Positions 45,554 through 55,210 are shown, numbered from the stretch's first letter. The stretch is 64,000 nt of DNA from Microbacterium sp. (GCF_036823965.1 NZ_DAITBE010000012.1:18522-82521), one strand, 5' to 3'. Made by a program: numbers and translations. Notes: generated by a model from the sequence alone, not told the origin.

Positions 45554-48498
45554 CAGCTGCTCACCACCCGCTCGCGCATCTCCTGCGCCTGGCGGTCGAC
45601 CTCAGCACCGAGGCTGCGCAGCACATCGAGCACGAGCCCGATCACCACGAGGTACACGCCGATGTCGAAGATGGTCGAGGTCACGAACTCCATGTGCCCG
45701 ATGCCGGGGATCTCCCACTCCCAGAACGAGCTGGTGAGCGGCGCGAGGCCGAAGAACAGCGGGATGATCGCCGTACCGACCGCGAGGATCAGCCCTGCGC
45801 CGAGCAGGCGACCGGCGTCCGTCGGCGCGGCAGCGCCGAGCTCCCATCTGCCGCCGGCGATGTAGCGCATGACCAGCGCCATGCCTGCGACGAGACCGCC
45901 GGCGAAGCCACCGCCCGGGAGGTTGTGGCCGGCGAAGAGCAGGAAGATCGACACCACGATGATGGTGTGGAAGAGGATGCGGACGATCACCTCGAGCAGG
46001 ATCGACCGGTTCTCCGGCTTCATCTTCTGACCGCCCACGAGCCAGGCACGAGGGCTGCTCTCGTTCTCTGCGGTCTGGAAGCGGATGCCGTCGGTCGTCT
46101 CGACCAGCGGCCGGCTGCGCGCCGCCTTGCGGGTGGCCCGCGGGAGCACCTTGGTCGCGGCGAGCAGGTCGGCCCGATGGGTGACGAACACGAGGGATGC
46201 CACGCCGGTCGCCGCGAGGACGAGCACGGAGAGCTCGCCCATGGTGTCCCAGCCACGCAGGTCGACCAGGGCGACGTTCACGACGTTCTTGCCGTGGCCG
46301 AGTTCGTAGGCGAGCTTCGGGAAGGCCGCGGAGATCGGGTCCGCGACGCGCGACTGCGTCGCGACGACCGCGATCAGGGCCATCGTGAGTCCGACGCCGA
46401 TGCCGAGCAGGGCGCGCGGGATGCGGCCGACCGACGCATTGTGCTCGCCCATCCGGGCGGGAAGCCTGCGCAGCACCAGCGCGAAGGTGACCATCGTCAC
46501 CGTCTCGACGAGGATCTGCGTGAGTGCGAGATCCGGGGCGCCGCTGGTCGCGAACAGCGCGACCATGCCGAGGCCTGTCACCGAGACGAGCACCACGCCC
46601 GTGTACCGCTTCTGCGCACGGACCGCGAAGATGCCGGCGGCTGCCATGATCGGCGCGACGACGATCTGCGCAGGGGTGTGCCAGGCGGAGAGGTTGAATC
46701 GGTCGATGTCGCTCGCGACGAGGGCCGTGACCTCGGCCGCGACGAACACCACGAAGATGGTGCCGACGTAGACGGGAAGCGAACCGCGCTGCGTCAGGGT
46801 CGTGCTGAGCACCGACAGCCGGTCGACGCCGCGCATGACGAGGTAGTAGGCGTCTGCGGCTGTGAAGCGCAGCAGCCGCGGCTTGCGGTCCCAGCCGGTG
46901 CGGCGGGTCAGCAGGAACAGACCGACGCCGAGCAGGATCGACAGGATCGAGATGCCGAGCGCAGGCTCGAAGCCGTGCCAGAGCGCCAGGTGTCCCGGCC
47001 CCTCGGTCGCATCGCCGGTCGCGGGGTCGAGACCGGGGGTCGCCGTGAGCGCGTAGCCCTGCAGCGCGATGTCGAGTGCGGGGGCGCCGATGCCAGCGGC
47101 GAGCGTGACGCCGGCGAGGATGATCGGCGCTGACAGGAATCCGACGGGCGGGTCGGGCCAGGCCGTCGTCGGCAGCTGCTGCCCCTGCGCGTCGCGCTTG
47201 GTCCAGAACGCTCCCCAGAGGAAGCGCACCCCGTATGCCGCGGTGAGCATGGATCCGAGTCCGACGCCGATGATGGCCACGAGTCCCCAGGCGGAGCCGC
47301 CGAGCGCGTCGTCGAGCAGAGCGGTGAGGGTCGACTCCTTCGCGACGAATCCGATGGTCGGAGCGATGCCGGCCATCGAGGCCACCGAGATGAACGCGGC
47401 GGTCGCCATGACCGGGGCCTGCCGCCCGACGCCGGAGAGCTCGGTGATGTCACGGGTGGAGAGCTGGCGGTCGATCACGCCGACGATGAGGAACAGCGCC
47501 GACTTGAAGAGGGCATGCCCGATCACGAGCGCGAGGCCGGCGAGGGCCGATGCCTGGGTGCCGTAGCCGACCACGAGGGCGAAGAATCCGAGCTGGCTGA
47601 CGGTGCCGAAGGCGAGGATGCGCTTGAGGTCGGTCTCGCGGAGGGCCTGAATCCCGCCGAGCAGCATCGTGATGATGCCGAGCGTGATCACGATCGGCCG
47701 CCAGGGAGCGCTGAACGCGAAGATCGGCGCGAAGCGCGCGATCAGGTAGATACCGGCCTTGACCATCGCCGCTGCGTGCAGGTAGGCGCTCACGGGGGTC
47801 GGCGCCGCCATCGCACCGGGGAGCCAGAAGTGGAACGGGAAGAGGGCCGACTTGCTGATGGCGCCGATGAGGAGCATCACGATCGCAGCGTCGATCACGG
47901 GGCCGGTGGGGGCGAGCTCCAGGATCTCGCGGATGCTGGACGTGCCGGCATCCACGACCAGCAGCACCACGCCGACGAACATCACGAGCCCGCCGAGGGT
48001 CGTGACCAGCAGCGCCTGCAACGCGGCACGTCGGCTGGCGGCACGGCGTCGGTAATGACCGATCAGGAGGTACGAGAGGATGCTCGTCACCTCCCAGAAC
48101 ATGACGAGCATCACCAGGTCGTCGGTGAGCACGAGACCGTACATGGCACCGGCGAATCCGAGCAGGACGCCCGCGAACTGGCCGATCCCTGCCGAGTCGT
48201 CGTGGAAATACCAGCGGCAGTACAGGAGCACGAGCGCCCCGACGCCGGTCACGATCAGGGTGAGCACCCAGCCGAGCACGTCCATGTGCATGGAGAGGTT
48301 GAGCCCGAGCTGGGGGATCCACGACAGCGAGACGAACGGCGGATCGCCGTCGAGCACCTGCGGTGTCATGACGAGCGCATGCACGAATGCGGCGGCCGGA
48401 ACGAGAGCCGCGAATGCGAAGGCCTGCGCCCCGAGCCAGCGGACCAGCACGGGCATCAGCAGCGACCCGAGGAGGAACACGGCGAGGAGCGTCAGCAT
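45553..48498 (-). CDS. mrpA: Na+/H+ antiporter Mrp fused subunit A/B (group-2 Mrp)
   Basis: 981 aa. A NuoL-like N-terminal part is followed by MrpB-like C-terminal TM helices. GAGGAG lies upstream. Six-gene A(B)CDEFG order. Confidence 0.9.
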   Translation of the reverse strand: MLTLLAVFLLGSLLMPVLVRWLGAQAFAFAALVPAAAFVHALVMTPQVLDGDPPFVSLSWIPQLGLNLSMHMDVLGWVLTLIVTGVGALVLLYCRWYFHDDSAGIGQFAGVLLGFAGAMYGLVLTDDLVMLVMFWEVTSILSYLLIGHYRRRAASRRAALQALLVTTLGGLVMFVGVVLLVVDAGTSSIREILELAPTGPVIDAAIVMLLIGAISKSALFPFHFWLPGAMAAPTPVSAYLHAAAMVKAGIYLIARFAPIFAFSAPWRPIVITLGIITMLLGGIQALRETDLKRILAFGTVSQLGFFALVVGYGTQASALAGLALVIGHALFKSALFLIVGVIDRQLSTRDITELSGVGRQAPVMATAAFISVASMAGIAPTIGFVAKESTLTALLDDALGGSAWGLVAIIGVGLGSMLTAAYGVRFLWGAFWTKRDAQGQQLPTTAWPDPPVGFLSAPIILAGVTLAAGIGAPALDIALQGYALTATPGLDPATGDATEGPGHLALWHGFEPALGISILSILLGVGLFLLTRRTGWDRKPRLLRFTAADAYYLVMRGVDRLSVLSTTLTQRGSLPVYVGTIFVVFVAAEVTALVASDIDRFNLSAWHTPAQIVVAPIMAAAGIFAVRAQKRYTGVVLVSVTGLGMVALFATSGAPDLALTQILVETVTMVTFALVLRRLPARMGEHNASVGRIPRALLGIGVGLTMALIAVVATQSRVADPISAAFPKLAYELGHGKNVVNVALVDLRGWDTMGELSVLVLAATGVASLVFVTHRADLLAATKVLPRATRKAARSRPLVETTDGIRFQTAENESSPRAWLVGGQKMKPENRSILLEVIVRILFHTIIVVSIFLLFAGHNLPGGGFAGGLVAGMALVMRYIAGGRWELGAAAPTDAGRLLGAGLILAVGTAIIPLFFGLAPLTSSFWEWEIPGIGHMEFVTSTIFDIGVYLVVIGLVLDVLRSLGAEVDRQAQEMRERVVSS

Positions 48499-48731
48499 AT
48501 ACGCGGCTCCTCGAAGCTCGTCGGCCGGTGGGCTCAGGCGGGCGGATGTGATTCCAGTTTACCGGGCGATCGGGGTCTTCGGGTCCACGGTCCTGTGTTC
48601 GGGAGCGCTCAATGGTCCTTTTTCGACCCGAATCACAGCATTCTGCCCAATGGAGACTGCCCGGAACGCACATTCAGTCTCGTTCGCAGGCAACGCGTGC
48701 GGCGACGGGTCGTCGTGGGAGAGTAGCGATC

Positions 48732-50231
48732 ATGCAGCGGGCGTGGGTGCGAGAGACGGCGGGGTGGCTCGGCGCCCTCGCGACCGCGCTGATCGTGAGC
48801 GGCCAGGTCGCCTCCTCCGCTCGTGCCGACCTGGTGTTCCGCGACGGAGACTCGCTCATCGTGGCGATGTTCGCCCGCGCGATCCTCGACGGCACCGCGT
48901 CGGATTGGGCCATGTCGAGCGTGCTCTTCCTGCCGGAGTCGACCGTGTTCGCCGGGCTCGATGCGCTGCTGCCGTTCGACGTGAACGGTGTGCTCGCGGC
49001 GAGCTCGGTGCTCAATCTGCTCGCGCTCTACGGCGCGATCCGCGTGGCGGCAGGGCGCGCTGGTGACGGCATGGCACCCGTCGCGTGGTCGATCATCGCG
49101 CTCGGCGTGTTCGGACTGCTCGCCGTCACCGACGTCTCAGGATCGCGCGATTCGCTGGACCTCGCATCGCTGCAGCTGACCACGACCTACTACTCCGCGA
49201 CCGTGGTCGCGGTCGTGCTCTCCGTCGGCCTGGTGCGCCGACACCTCGAGAGCACCAGACGCGGACTCGCACTGCGCATCGCGCTCGGAGCGGTGGCCGC
49301 GATCGCGACGCTGTCGAACCCGCTCTTCGCGGCGTGGGCGGCCGCGCCGCTCACGGTCATCCTCGTCGCCCTGAGCATCCGCCGCGGCGGCCGCACTCGG
49401 ATGCTCTCCGTGCTCACGATCCTGCTCGGCGGGGTCGCCATCGGCTTCCTCGCCCGTATTCCATTCTCGGCATGGATCGCCAACACGGGAGCCGGCTACG
49501 TCCAGCCGGAGCTCTGGATGCAATCCATCGGCTACTACGCCCACCTGCTCGGCGAGCGCCTGGCCTCCCCACTCGGTGCGATCGGGGGCGTGCTCACCCT
49601 CGCGCTGCTCGCACTCGCCGTCCTGCGGTCGATCCGCGCCACGCACACGGGAGAGCTCGTGATCGCCCTGGCCGCATGGGTCATGCCGGTGCTGGTGGCG
49701 ATCGGGGCGATCGCGCTCGGGACACACGCCGCTCGCTACCTGCAGCCGGTCGCCTTCGCGCCGGTGCTCGCGCTCGTCGCGTGCCCACGGCTGTTCACGA
49801 TGCCACGCCGCGTCGCCCGCCAGACCATCGGCGCGGTCGCTGTGCTCCTGCTCGTCGGGTCGGCGCTCAGCATCCCGCGGCTGATCTCGGCCGCCGAGGC
49901 CCCGGATGCAGATCTCAGCTGCGCGAGGGATTGGGTGAACGCCTCCGGCCGCACCGGAGCCGGGCAGTTCTGGACCGTTCGCCTGCCCAAGCTGCACCTC
50001 GACGATCCGGCACGACTGGTGCAGGTCGACCACATGCTGAACGGATATGCCTGGCTGGTCGACCGCCGAGATCTCGATGCCGGCGCGGTGTCGTTCCTCA
50101 TCGAGGACGCGCAGACCGTGCAGTGGCAGCTCCCGGAAGCTGCCGTCCCCGAGCAGATCGTCGACTGCGGACGCTATCGGATCCTCGACTTCGGCGCCAC
50201 GACGCTCCCCCTCGGTCCCGCCCACAGCTGA
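48732..50231 (+). CDS. polytopic membrane protein, possibly a GT-C-type glycosyltransferase
   Basis: Track ORF trimmed to Met41. About 11 TM helices followed by a soluble C-terminal domain of about 130 aa. An early-loop acidic motif (FRDGDS) is reminiscent of GT-C enzymes. Function is an inference only. Confidence 0.5.
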   Translation: MQRAWVRETAGWLGALATALIVSGQVASSARADLVFRDGDSLIVAMFARAILDGTASDWAMSSVLFLPESTVFAGLDALLPFDVNGVLAASSVLNLLALYGAIRVAAGRAGDGMAPVAWSIIALGVFGLLAVTDVSGSRDSLDLASLQLTTTYYSATVVAVVLSVGLVRRHLESTRRGLALRIALGAVAAIATLSNPLFAAWAAAPLTVILVALSIRRGGRTRMLSVLTILLGGVAIGFLARIPFSAWIANTGAGYVQPELWMQSIGYYAHLLGERLASPLGAIGGVLTLALLALAVLRSIRATHTGELVIALAAWVMPVLVAIGAIALGTHAARYLQPVAFAPVLALVACPRLFTMPRRVARQTIGAVAVLLLVGSALSIPRLISAAEAPDADLSCARDWVNASGRTGAGQFWTVRLPKLHLDDPARLVQVDHMLNGYAWLVDRRDLDAGAVSFLIEDAQTVQWQLPEAAVPEQIVDCGRYRILDFGATTLPLGPAHS

Positions 50232-50258
50232 CCGACCGTCACGGGTGCCGGAGCGAAC

Positions 50259-51323
50259 TCAGCGCGTGGGCGGCGGAGCCGTGGTGGTGCCGGCGCGGAA
50301 GCGGCACGTGAAGTGCTGCGTCTCGCCGGGGAGCCCGTTCAGCATCCGAGCGACCTGCTCGCCTGCCGCACGCCCCTTGTCGACCGCCGGCTGCACACTG
50401 GTGGTCAGGAGGAGGCCGCCGAGACCGTCGACCTCGATCCCGTCGAACCCGGCGACGGAGACGTCTTCCGGCACGCGGAGTCCCAGCTCTTCCGCGGCGC
50501 GGATCACGCCCACCGCGAGCAGGTCGCTCTGCGCGATCACGGCGGTCGGGCGGTTGTCCGGGTCGGCGAGCAGCGCGCGACCGACGATGATCCCCTCGTC
50601 GATGAGGCTGCCGGAAGCCGAGATCGCCGGGGCGTCCGGGAAGACGCTGCGCAGTCCTTCGAGCCGGTCGATCGTCACATCGGTGGTCGCGGTCGCGAGG
50701 CGCTCCTCGGTGACCAGCCCGCGCACACGGTCCGCGTCGAGCGAGAGCGTGACGAACGCGACGTCCGTGTGTCCGAGGTCCTTCACATGCTGTGCGACCG
50801 CGGCGGACGCGGCGGCATTGTCGAGCGTGATCCGCGGGATGTCGCCACCCGCATCGCCCTCGATCACGACGACCGGAAGGCCGCGGCCGCGGACGATCTC
50901 GAGCGAGGCCCTGGTGCGCCCGGAGCATCCGATCAGCACGAAGGCGTCGACCGGCGCGCTGGCCAGCGCAGAGCCGTCCTCGCCCGGTTCGTCGCGCATG
51001 AGCAGGATGCCGGCGCTGAGCTCGGCCAGCCCGTCGGTGAGGCCGTCCATCATCGCGGTGGTCACCGGATCGAGGAACGCGGCGCGCAGATGCCCTTCGA
51101 GCACGACGGCGACGATCCCGCTGCGACCTCGGCGCAGCGAGGCAGCTCGGGGGTCCGGGCCGGTGTAGCCGAGATCGGCGGCCGCCGTCAGCACCCGTTC
51201 CCGCGTGGCCTCCGCGACCTTGGCCTTGCCGCTGAACACCACGGATGCGGTCGAGGTGGCCACTCCCGCCTGGCGCGCGACGTCTGCGATGGTCGCTCGA
51301 CGCGGCGTCTCGTGACTGGTCAT
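50259..51323 (-). CDS. LacI family transcriptional regulator
   Basis: Track ORF trimmed to Met166. HTH ATIADVARQAGVATSTASVVFSG followed by a periplasmic-binding-protein-like core. Confidence 0.85.
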   Translation of the reverse strand: MTSHETPRRATIADVARQAGVATSTASVVFSGKAKVAEATRERVLTAAADLGYTGPDPRAASLRRGRSGIVAVVLEGHLRAAFLDPVTTAMMDGLTDGLAELSAGILLMRDEPGEDGSALASAPVDAFVLIGCSGRTRASLEIVRGRGLPVVVIEGDAGGDIPRITLDNAAASAAVAQHVKDLGHTDVAFVTLSLDADRVRGLVTEERLATATTDVTIDRLEGLRSVFPDAPAISASGSLIDEGIIVGRALLADPDNRPTAVIAQSDLLAVGVIRAAEELGLRVPEDVSVAGFDGIEVDGLGGLLLTTSVQPAVDKGRAAGEQVARMLNGLPGETQHFTCRFRAGTTTAPPPTR

Positions 51324-51356
51324 CCTTCGAGGATAGCCGTCTTCCGTTCCCACGAG

Positions 51357-51370
51357 TCGAATCGATTCGA
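51357..51370. promoter_or_regulatory. perfect 14-bp palindrome, LacI-type operator candidate
   Basis: TCGAATCGATTCGA lies within the 60-bp divergent gap between the LacI gene (start 51323) and the MFS gene (start 51384). Confidence 0.5.
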
Positions 51371-51383
51371 TAGGCTGTGCGAC

Positions 51384-52619
51384 ATGGAATCCGTCCTCAC
51401 CCGTTCCCAGTTCGTCCGCTGGCGTGCCGCGATCTTCGCGATCTTCTTCGCCAGTGGACTGTCGATCGCCACCTGGGCGTCTCGCGTGCCGAGCATCAAG
51501 GCGGATCTCGATCTCGACAATGCGCAGGTGGGATTGATCCTCCTCGGCATGGGTGTCGCGTCGATCGTCGGCATCTCGACGAGCCCGGCCGTCGTCGCCC
51601 GCACTGGCGCACGCCGAGGGATGCTCGTCACGATGCTGCTCTTCGCCGTCGGCATCACGCTCGTCGGCCTGGGCGCCACGCTGTTCGCCTCGGTGCCGGT
51701 GGTGCTCATCGGTATGGTGCTGTTCGGATTCGGCAACGGCAGCCTCGACGTCATGATGAACGTCGAGGCGACGGCGATCGAGCAGCAGATGGGAAAGACC
51801 GTGCTGCCGGTGTTCCATGCGTTCTTCAGCTTAGGCACCGTGATCGGCGCCGGCATCGGCGCTCTCGCCGCGCACCTCACCACGACCGTGGCAGTCCACG
51901 CATCGATCATGGGCGCGCTGATCGCCGTCGTCGCGATCGTCTGCTTCTTCCAGGTGCCGTCGCGCGAAGCCGCGCTCGACCCGACGCCTGGCGAGCAGCA
52001 GTCCTGGGGGGACCGCATGCACGTGGCGCTCGAGGCCTGGCGCGAGCCGCGCACCTACCTGATCGGCGTGGTCATGCTCGGCATGGCGTTCGCAGAGGGC
52101 GGCGCGAACGACTGGATCGCGCTCGGCACGGAGCAGGGTCATGGCTTCGCCTCCGGCACCGGGGCCGTCGCGCTCGCGGTGTTCTCGGTCGGCATGACCG
52201 TGGTCCGCATCTTCGGCGGTCCGCTCGTCGACCGATTCGGCCGGGTCGCGGTGCTGCGCATCCTCGCGGTGGCAGCGGCATCCGGCATCCTGCTGTTCAT
52301 CCTCGGCCCGAACCTGCCGCTCGTGCTCGTGGGTGCTGCGCTCTGGGGCATCGGCGCCTCGCTCGGGTTCCCGCTCGGCATGTCGGCCGCAGCGGACGAC
52401 CCGGCGAAAGCAGCCGCGCGCGTCAGCGCCGCTGCGACGATCGGCTATGTCGCCTTCCTCGGCGGTCCGCCAGTGCTCGGCTTCATCAGCGAGCACATCG
52501 GCCTGCTGAACACGCTGTTCATCCTGGTGGCGCTCGTCGTGGCATCCGGCCTGTTCTCGGGCGCTGCCCGCCCGCTCCGCGAGGACGAGAAGACCGCAGC
52601 GCCGACGAAGAGCGCGTGA
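51384..52619 (+). CDS. MFS transporter
   Basis: In-frame ATG inside track ORF 50313..52619 (MESVLTRSQFVRWRAAIFAIFFASGL). 12 TM helices. Confidence 0.85.
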   Translation: MESVLTRSQFVRWRAAIFAIFFASGLSIATWASRVPSIKADLDLDNAQVGLILLGMGVASIVGISTSPAVVARTGARRGMLVTMLLFAVGITLVGLGATLFASVPVVLIGMVLFGFGNGSLDVMMNVEATAIEQQMGKTVLPVFHAFFSLGTVIGAGIGALAAHLTTTVAVHASIMGALIAVVAIVCFFQVPSREAALDPTPGEQQSWGDRMHVALEAWREPRTYLIGVVMLGMAFAEGGANDWIALGTEQGHGFASGTGAVALAVFSVGMTVVRIFGGPLVDRFGRVAVLRILAVAAASGILLFILGPNLPLVLVGAALWGIGASLGFPLGMSAAADDPAKAAARVSAAATIGYVAFLGGPPVLGFISEHIGLLNTLFILVALVVASGLFSGAARPLREDEKTAAPTKSA

Positions 52620-52666
52620 TGATCGAACGAGACGGCCGCACCATCGGATGCCGTTAGGCTCGACGG

Positions 52667-53362
52667 GTGCGTCTCGTCATCGCCCGCTGCTCCGTGGACT
52701 ACACGGGCCGGCTCAATGCCCATCTTCCGCTTGCCACGCGTCTGCTCGTGCACAAGGGAGACGGGAGTCTGCTCGTGCACTCCGATGGCGGCAGCTACAA
52801 GCCCCTCAACTGGATGAGCCCGCCGTGCACGCTGTCCAGCGAGGAGCCGGGCGAGGAGGAGTCGAGCGCCGGCGTCGTGGAGGTCTGGCGCGTCACGCAC
52901 AAGAAGACCGGCGATGCGCTGCGCGTGCAGATCTACGAGATCCTCCACGACACCTCGCACGAGCTGGGCATCGACCCCGGCCTGCAGAAGGACGGCGTCG
53001 AGGCAGACCTGCAGCGGCTCCTCGCCGAGCAGGTGGACCGTATCTCCGAGGGCGCGACACTGGTGCGCCGCGAGTACCCCACCGCGATCGGGCCGGTCGA
53101 CCTGCTGGTGAGGGATGCCGACGGCGCTGCGATCGCAGTCGAGATCAAGCGCCGCGGCGACATCGACGGCGTGGAGCAGCTCACCCGCTATCTCGAGCTG
53201 CTCGGTCGCGACCCGCACCTCTCCCCCGTGCAGGGTGTCTTCGCCGCGCAGGAGATCAAGCCGCAGGCTCGCGTGCTCGCCGAGGACCGCGGCATCCGCT
53301 GCCTCGTGCTCGACTACGACGACATGAAGGGCATCGAGTCGGGCATCCCCCGGCTGTTCTGA
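52667..53362 (+). CDS. nucS: endonuclease NucS (EndoMS), mismatch-specific endonuclease
   Basis: [21 protein letters not shown]...[23 protein letters not shown] (RecB-like nuclease core D..E.K). C-terminal clamp-binding-like tail GIPRLF. GTG start. Confidence 0.9.
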   Translation: MRLVIARCSVDYTGRLNAHLPLATRLLVHKGDGSLLVHSDGGSYKPLNWMSPPCTLSSEEPGEEESSAGVVEVWRVTHKKTGDALRVQIYEILHDTSHELGIDPGLQKDGVEADLQRLLAEQVDRISEGATLVRREYPTAIGPVDLLVRDADGAAIAVEIKRRGDIDGVEQLTRYLELLGRDPHLSPVQGVFAAQEIKPQARVLAEDRGIRCLVLDYDDMKGIESGIPRLF

Positions 53363-53388
53363 GCACCGGCGATCGCCGGCTGCTCGTC

Positions 53389-53787
53389 TCAGCGCACCGG
53401 GATCAGGTGCCGCGGCGGGCCTTCCAGTCGCGCGACAGCGACCTTGACCTCGGTCACCTCATGCTCGACCGCGATCACGCGATCGTCGACACGGTCGAAT
53501 CGCGCGTCGAGCTTGGCTTCGAGGGCATCGAACCGTGCATCGCGCGTGGCGTCCTGAGCCGTTGCGCGCGTCTCGAACTTCACGTCCAGCTGCACGATAC
53601 GCGTGTCCATCTGTTCGAATCGCGCGTCCACCTGCGCGAATCGCGCGTCCACCTGTACGAATCGCGCGTCCACCTGTGCGAATCGCGCGTCCATCCGATT
53701 GAGGAACCAGCCGAAGCATCCGAACATCGCGATGACGATCGTCACGACGCCCCCGATCATCGTGATCACTTCCATCGACACGAACAT
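53389..53787 (-). CDS. membrane-anchored coiled-coil protein built from DARF heptad repeats
   Basis: 132 aa with N-terminal TM VITMIGGVVTIVIAMFGCFGWFL. Then MDARFAQ-VDARFVQ-VDARFAQ-VDARFEQ-MDTRIVQ-LDVKFET...RDARFDALEAKLDARFDRVDDRV. High GC3. Exact start uncertain (53787, 53775 or 53760). Confidence 0.65.
   Translation of the reverse strand: MFVSMEVITMIGGVVTIVIAMFGCFGWFLNRMDARFAQVDARFVQVDARFAQVDARFEQMDTRIVQLDVKFETRATAQDATRDARFDALEAKLDARFDRVDDRVIAVEHEVTEVKVAVARLEGPPRHLIPVR
53596..53700 (-). repeat. 5 x 21-bp in-frame tandem repeat inside 53389..53787
   Basis: Plus-strand units are GATACGCGTGTCCATCTGTTC, GAATCGCGCGTCCACCTGCGC, GAATCGCGCGTCCACCTGTAC, GAATCGCGCGTCCACCTGTGC and GAATCGCGCGTCCATCCGATT. 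The three central units differ only at 2-3 positions. Confidence 0.9.
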
Positions 53788-53942
53788 CCCTCCATTCTGA
53801 TCCGGTCGACCGAGCCTGTCATGCCCCGGGAAGGGGGGTCTTCATGCCCGCACGGATGGTGGAGCGTGCCGCTCGCTGCACACCTGTGCAGGAACAGTCG
53901 TGCAGGCGGAGTCGACCATCCGCAGCCCATAGGCTGGAAGGC

Positions 53943-54608
53943 ATGGCCTCTTCTCCGTACTCCTGTGTTCTCTGGGACGTCGACGGCACCATCGTCGATG
54001 CGTCGGTCGGCATCCTCCGCCGCCTGAACATCGCTCTCACGCACTTCGGTCACCCCGCGCCGACGCGAGAGGAGCTGGTGCACTGGATCGGCCCGCCGAT
54101 GTTCCAGTCCTTCCAGGACCAGGCAGGGATGACCCCGGAGCAGTCCGCCGAGGCTGTCTCGTTCTACCGCACCCTCGGCAAGGCCGACGGGTACACGACT
54201 GATGTGCGCACGTACCCGGGAGTTACGGAACTCATCCATGACCTGCACGCGGCAGGCGTGCCGCAGGCCACCGCGAGCTCGAAGCCCGAGAACCAGGTCG
54301 ACGCCCTGATCGACCACTTCGAACTGCGCTCCGCGTTCCTCACCACAGTCGGTGCGACGCCGGACGAGTCGACCCTCGCATCGAAGACCGACATCGTCGC
54401 CGAGGCGCTGCGCCGCCTGACCGAGCTCGGTGCCGACGTCTCGCGTCCGGTGCTCATCGGAGACCGCCACCACGACGTCGAAGGCGGCAATGCGAACGGC
54501 GTGCCGGTCATCTTCGTCGACTGGGGCTTCAGCGAGCCCAGCGAAGGCGACGAGGCGGCGTTCCGCGCGGCGACCGTGGACGATCTGCGCGCGCTGCTGC
54601 TCGCCTGA
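53943..54608 (+). CDS. HAD family hydrolase (phosphoglycolate phosphatase-like)
   Basis: Track ORF trimmed to Met34. Motif I VLWDVDGTIVD, motif II ASSKP, motif III/IV GDRHHDVEGGNANG. Confidence 0.8.
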   Translation: MASSPYSCVLWDVDGTIVDASVGILRRLNIALTHFGHPAPTREELVHWIGPPMFQSFQDQAGMTPEQSAEAVSFYRTLGKADGYTTDVRTYPGVTELIHDLHAAGVPQATASSKPENQVDALIDHFELRSAFLTTVGATPDESTLASKTDIVAEALRRLTELGADVSRPVLIGDRHHDVEGGNANGVPVIFVDWGFSEPSEGDEAAFRAATVDDLRALLLA

Positions 54609-54644
54609 TCCGGCCAGACGCTGCACGACAGACCAGCCCGAATG

Positions 54645-54701
54645 CACAGAACTCCCCACCGGAACCACGCTTTCGCGCGAATCCCGTCGGGGAGTTCTGT
54701 G
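54645..54701. terminator. 13-bp-stem, large-loop hairpin between the convergent HAD and cspA genes
   Basis: CACAGAACTCCCC, 31-nt loop, GGGGAGTTCTGTG. The loop is unusually large for an intrinsic terminator. Confidence 0.35.
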
Positions 54702-54712
54702 AAATCGCCGCC

Positions 54713-54919
54713 TCAGAGGGGGCGGATGTTCTCAGCCTGCAGGCCCTTGGGGCCCTGCGCCACGTCGAACTCGACTCGCTGGTTCTCTTCGAGAGACCGG
54801 TAGCCGGATGACTCGATGGCGGAGTAGTGCGCGAAAACGTCAGCGCCGCCGTCGTCGGGGGAGATGAAGCCGAAGCCCTTCTCCGAGTTGAACCACTTGA
54901 CCGTGCCCTGGGTGCTCAT
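54713..54919 (-). CDS. cspA: cold-shock protein (CspA family)
   Basis: Track ORF trimmed to Met40: [68 protein letters not shown] (RNP1 KGFGFI, RNP2 VFAHY). Confidence 0.95.
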   Translation of the reverse strand: MSTQGTVKWFNSEKGFGFISPDDGGADVFAHYSAIESSGYRSLEENQRVEFDVAQGPKGLQAENIRPL

Positions 54920-55186
54920 GTACTGCCTGTTCTGCTGGTGAAGAAGCCGACGCAGGTATGCCCCGACAACGCTAACGCTAGTGGAGGAGGCCCCGAGGGG
55001 AACACCCTCTTCGAGAAGGTAACCCAAATGTTGCATGAGCGGAATCTGGCCGTCATCCCGCGGGCACGCCGACGACTGCGTCGACCTGTCCCAGAAAATG
55101 GTGTGGCCCCCACCGCGGGGGGAGCGATGAGGGCCGAAGACGACCGGAGGGTGCGTCAGATTCCAGCATAACCCCTCTTTTCAATC

Positions 55187-55210
55187 TTTGTCCCCCAAAT
55201 GGGGGACAAA
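55187..55210. other. perfect 10-bp hairpin in a low-GC gene-free region
   Basis: TTTGTCCCCC-AAAT-GGGGGACAAA. The flanks are T-rich 5' and A-rich 3' on the plus strand, which is the reverse of terminator geometry on either strand. Confidence 0.6.

Noticed and set aside
53366-53379. The palindrome CCGGCGATCGCCGG between nucS and the DARF gene as a terminator.
   Set aside because: The stem would have essentially no loop and no U-tract. It is too weak to call.
55187-55210. The hairpin TTTGTCCCCC-AAAT-GGGGGACAAA as an intrinsic terminator.
   Set aside because: On both strands the T-run precedes the stem and the A-run follows it, which is the opposite of terminator geometry. No gene ends nearby.
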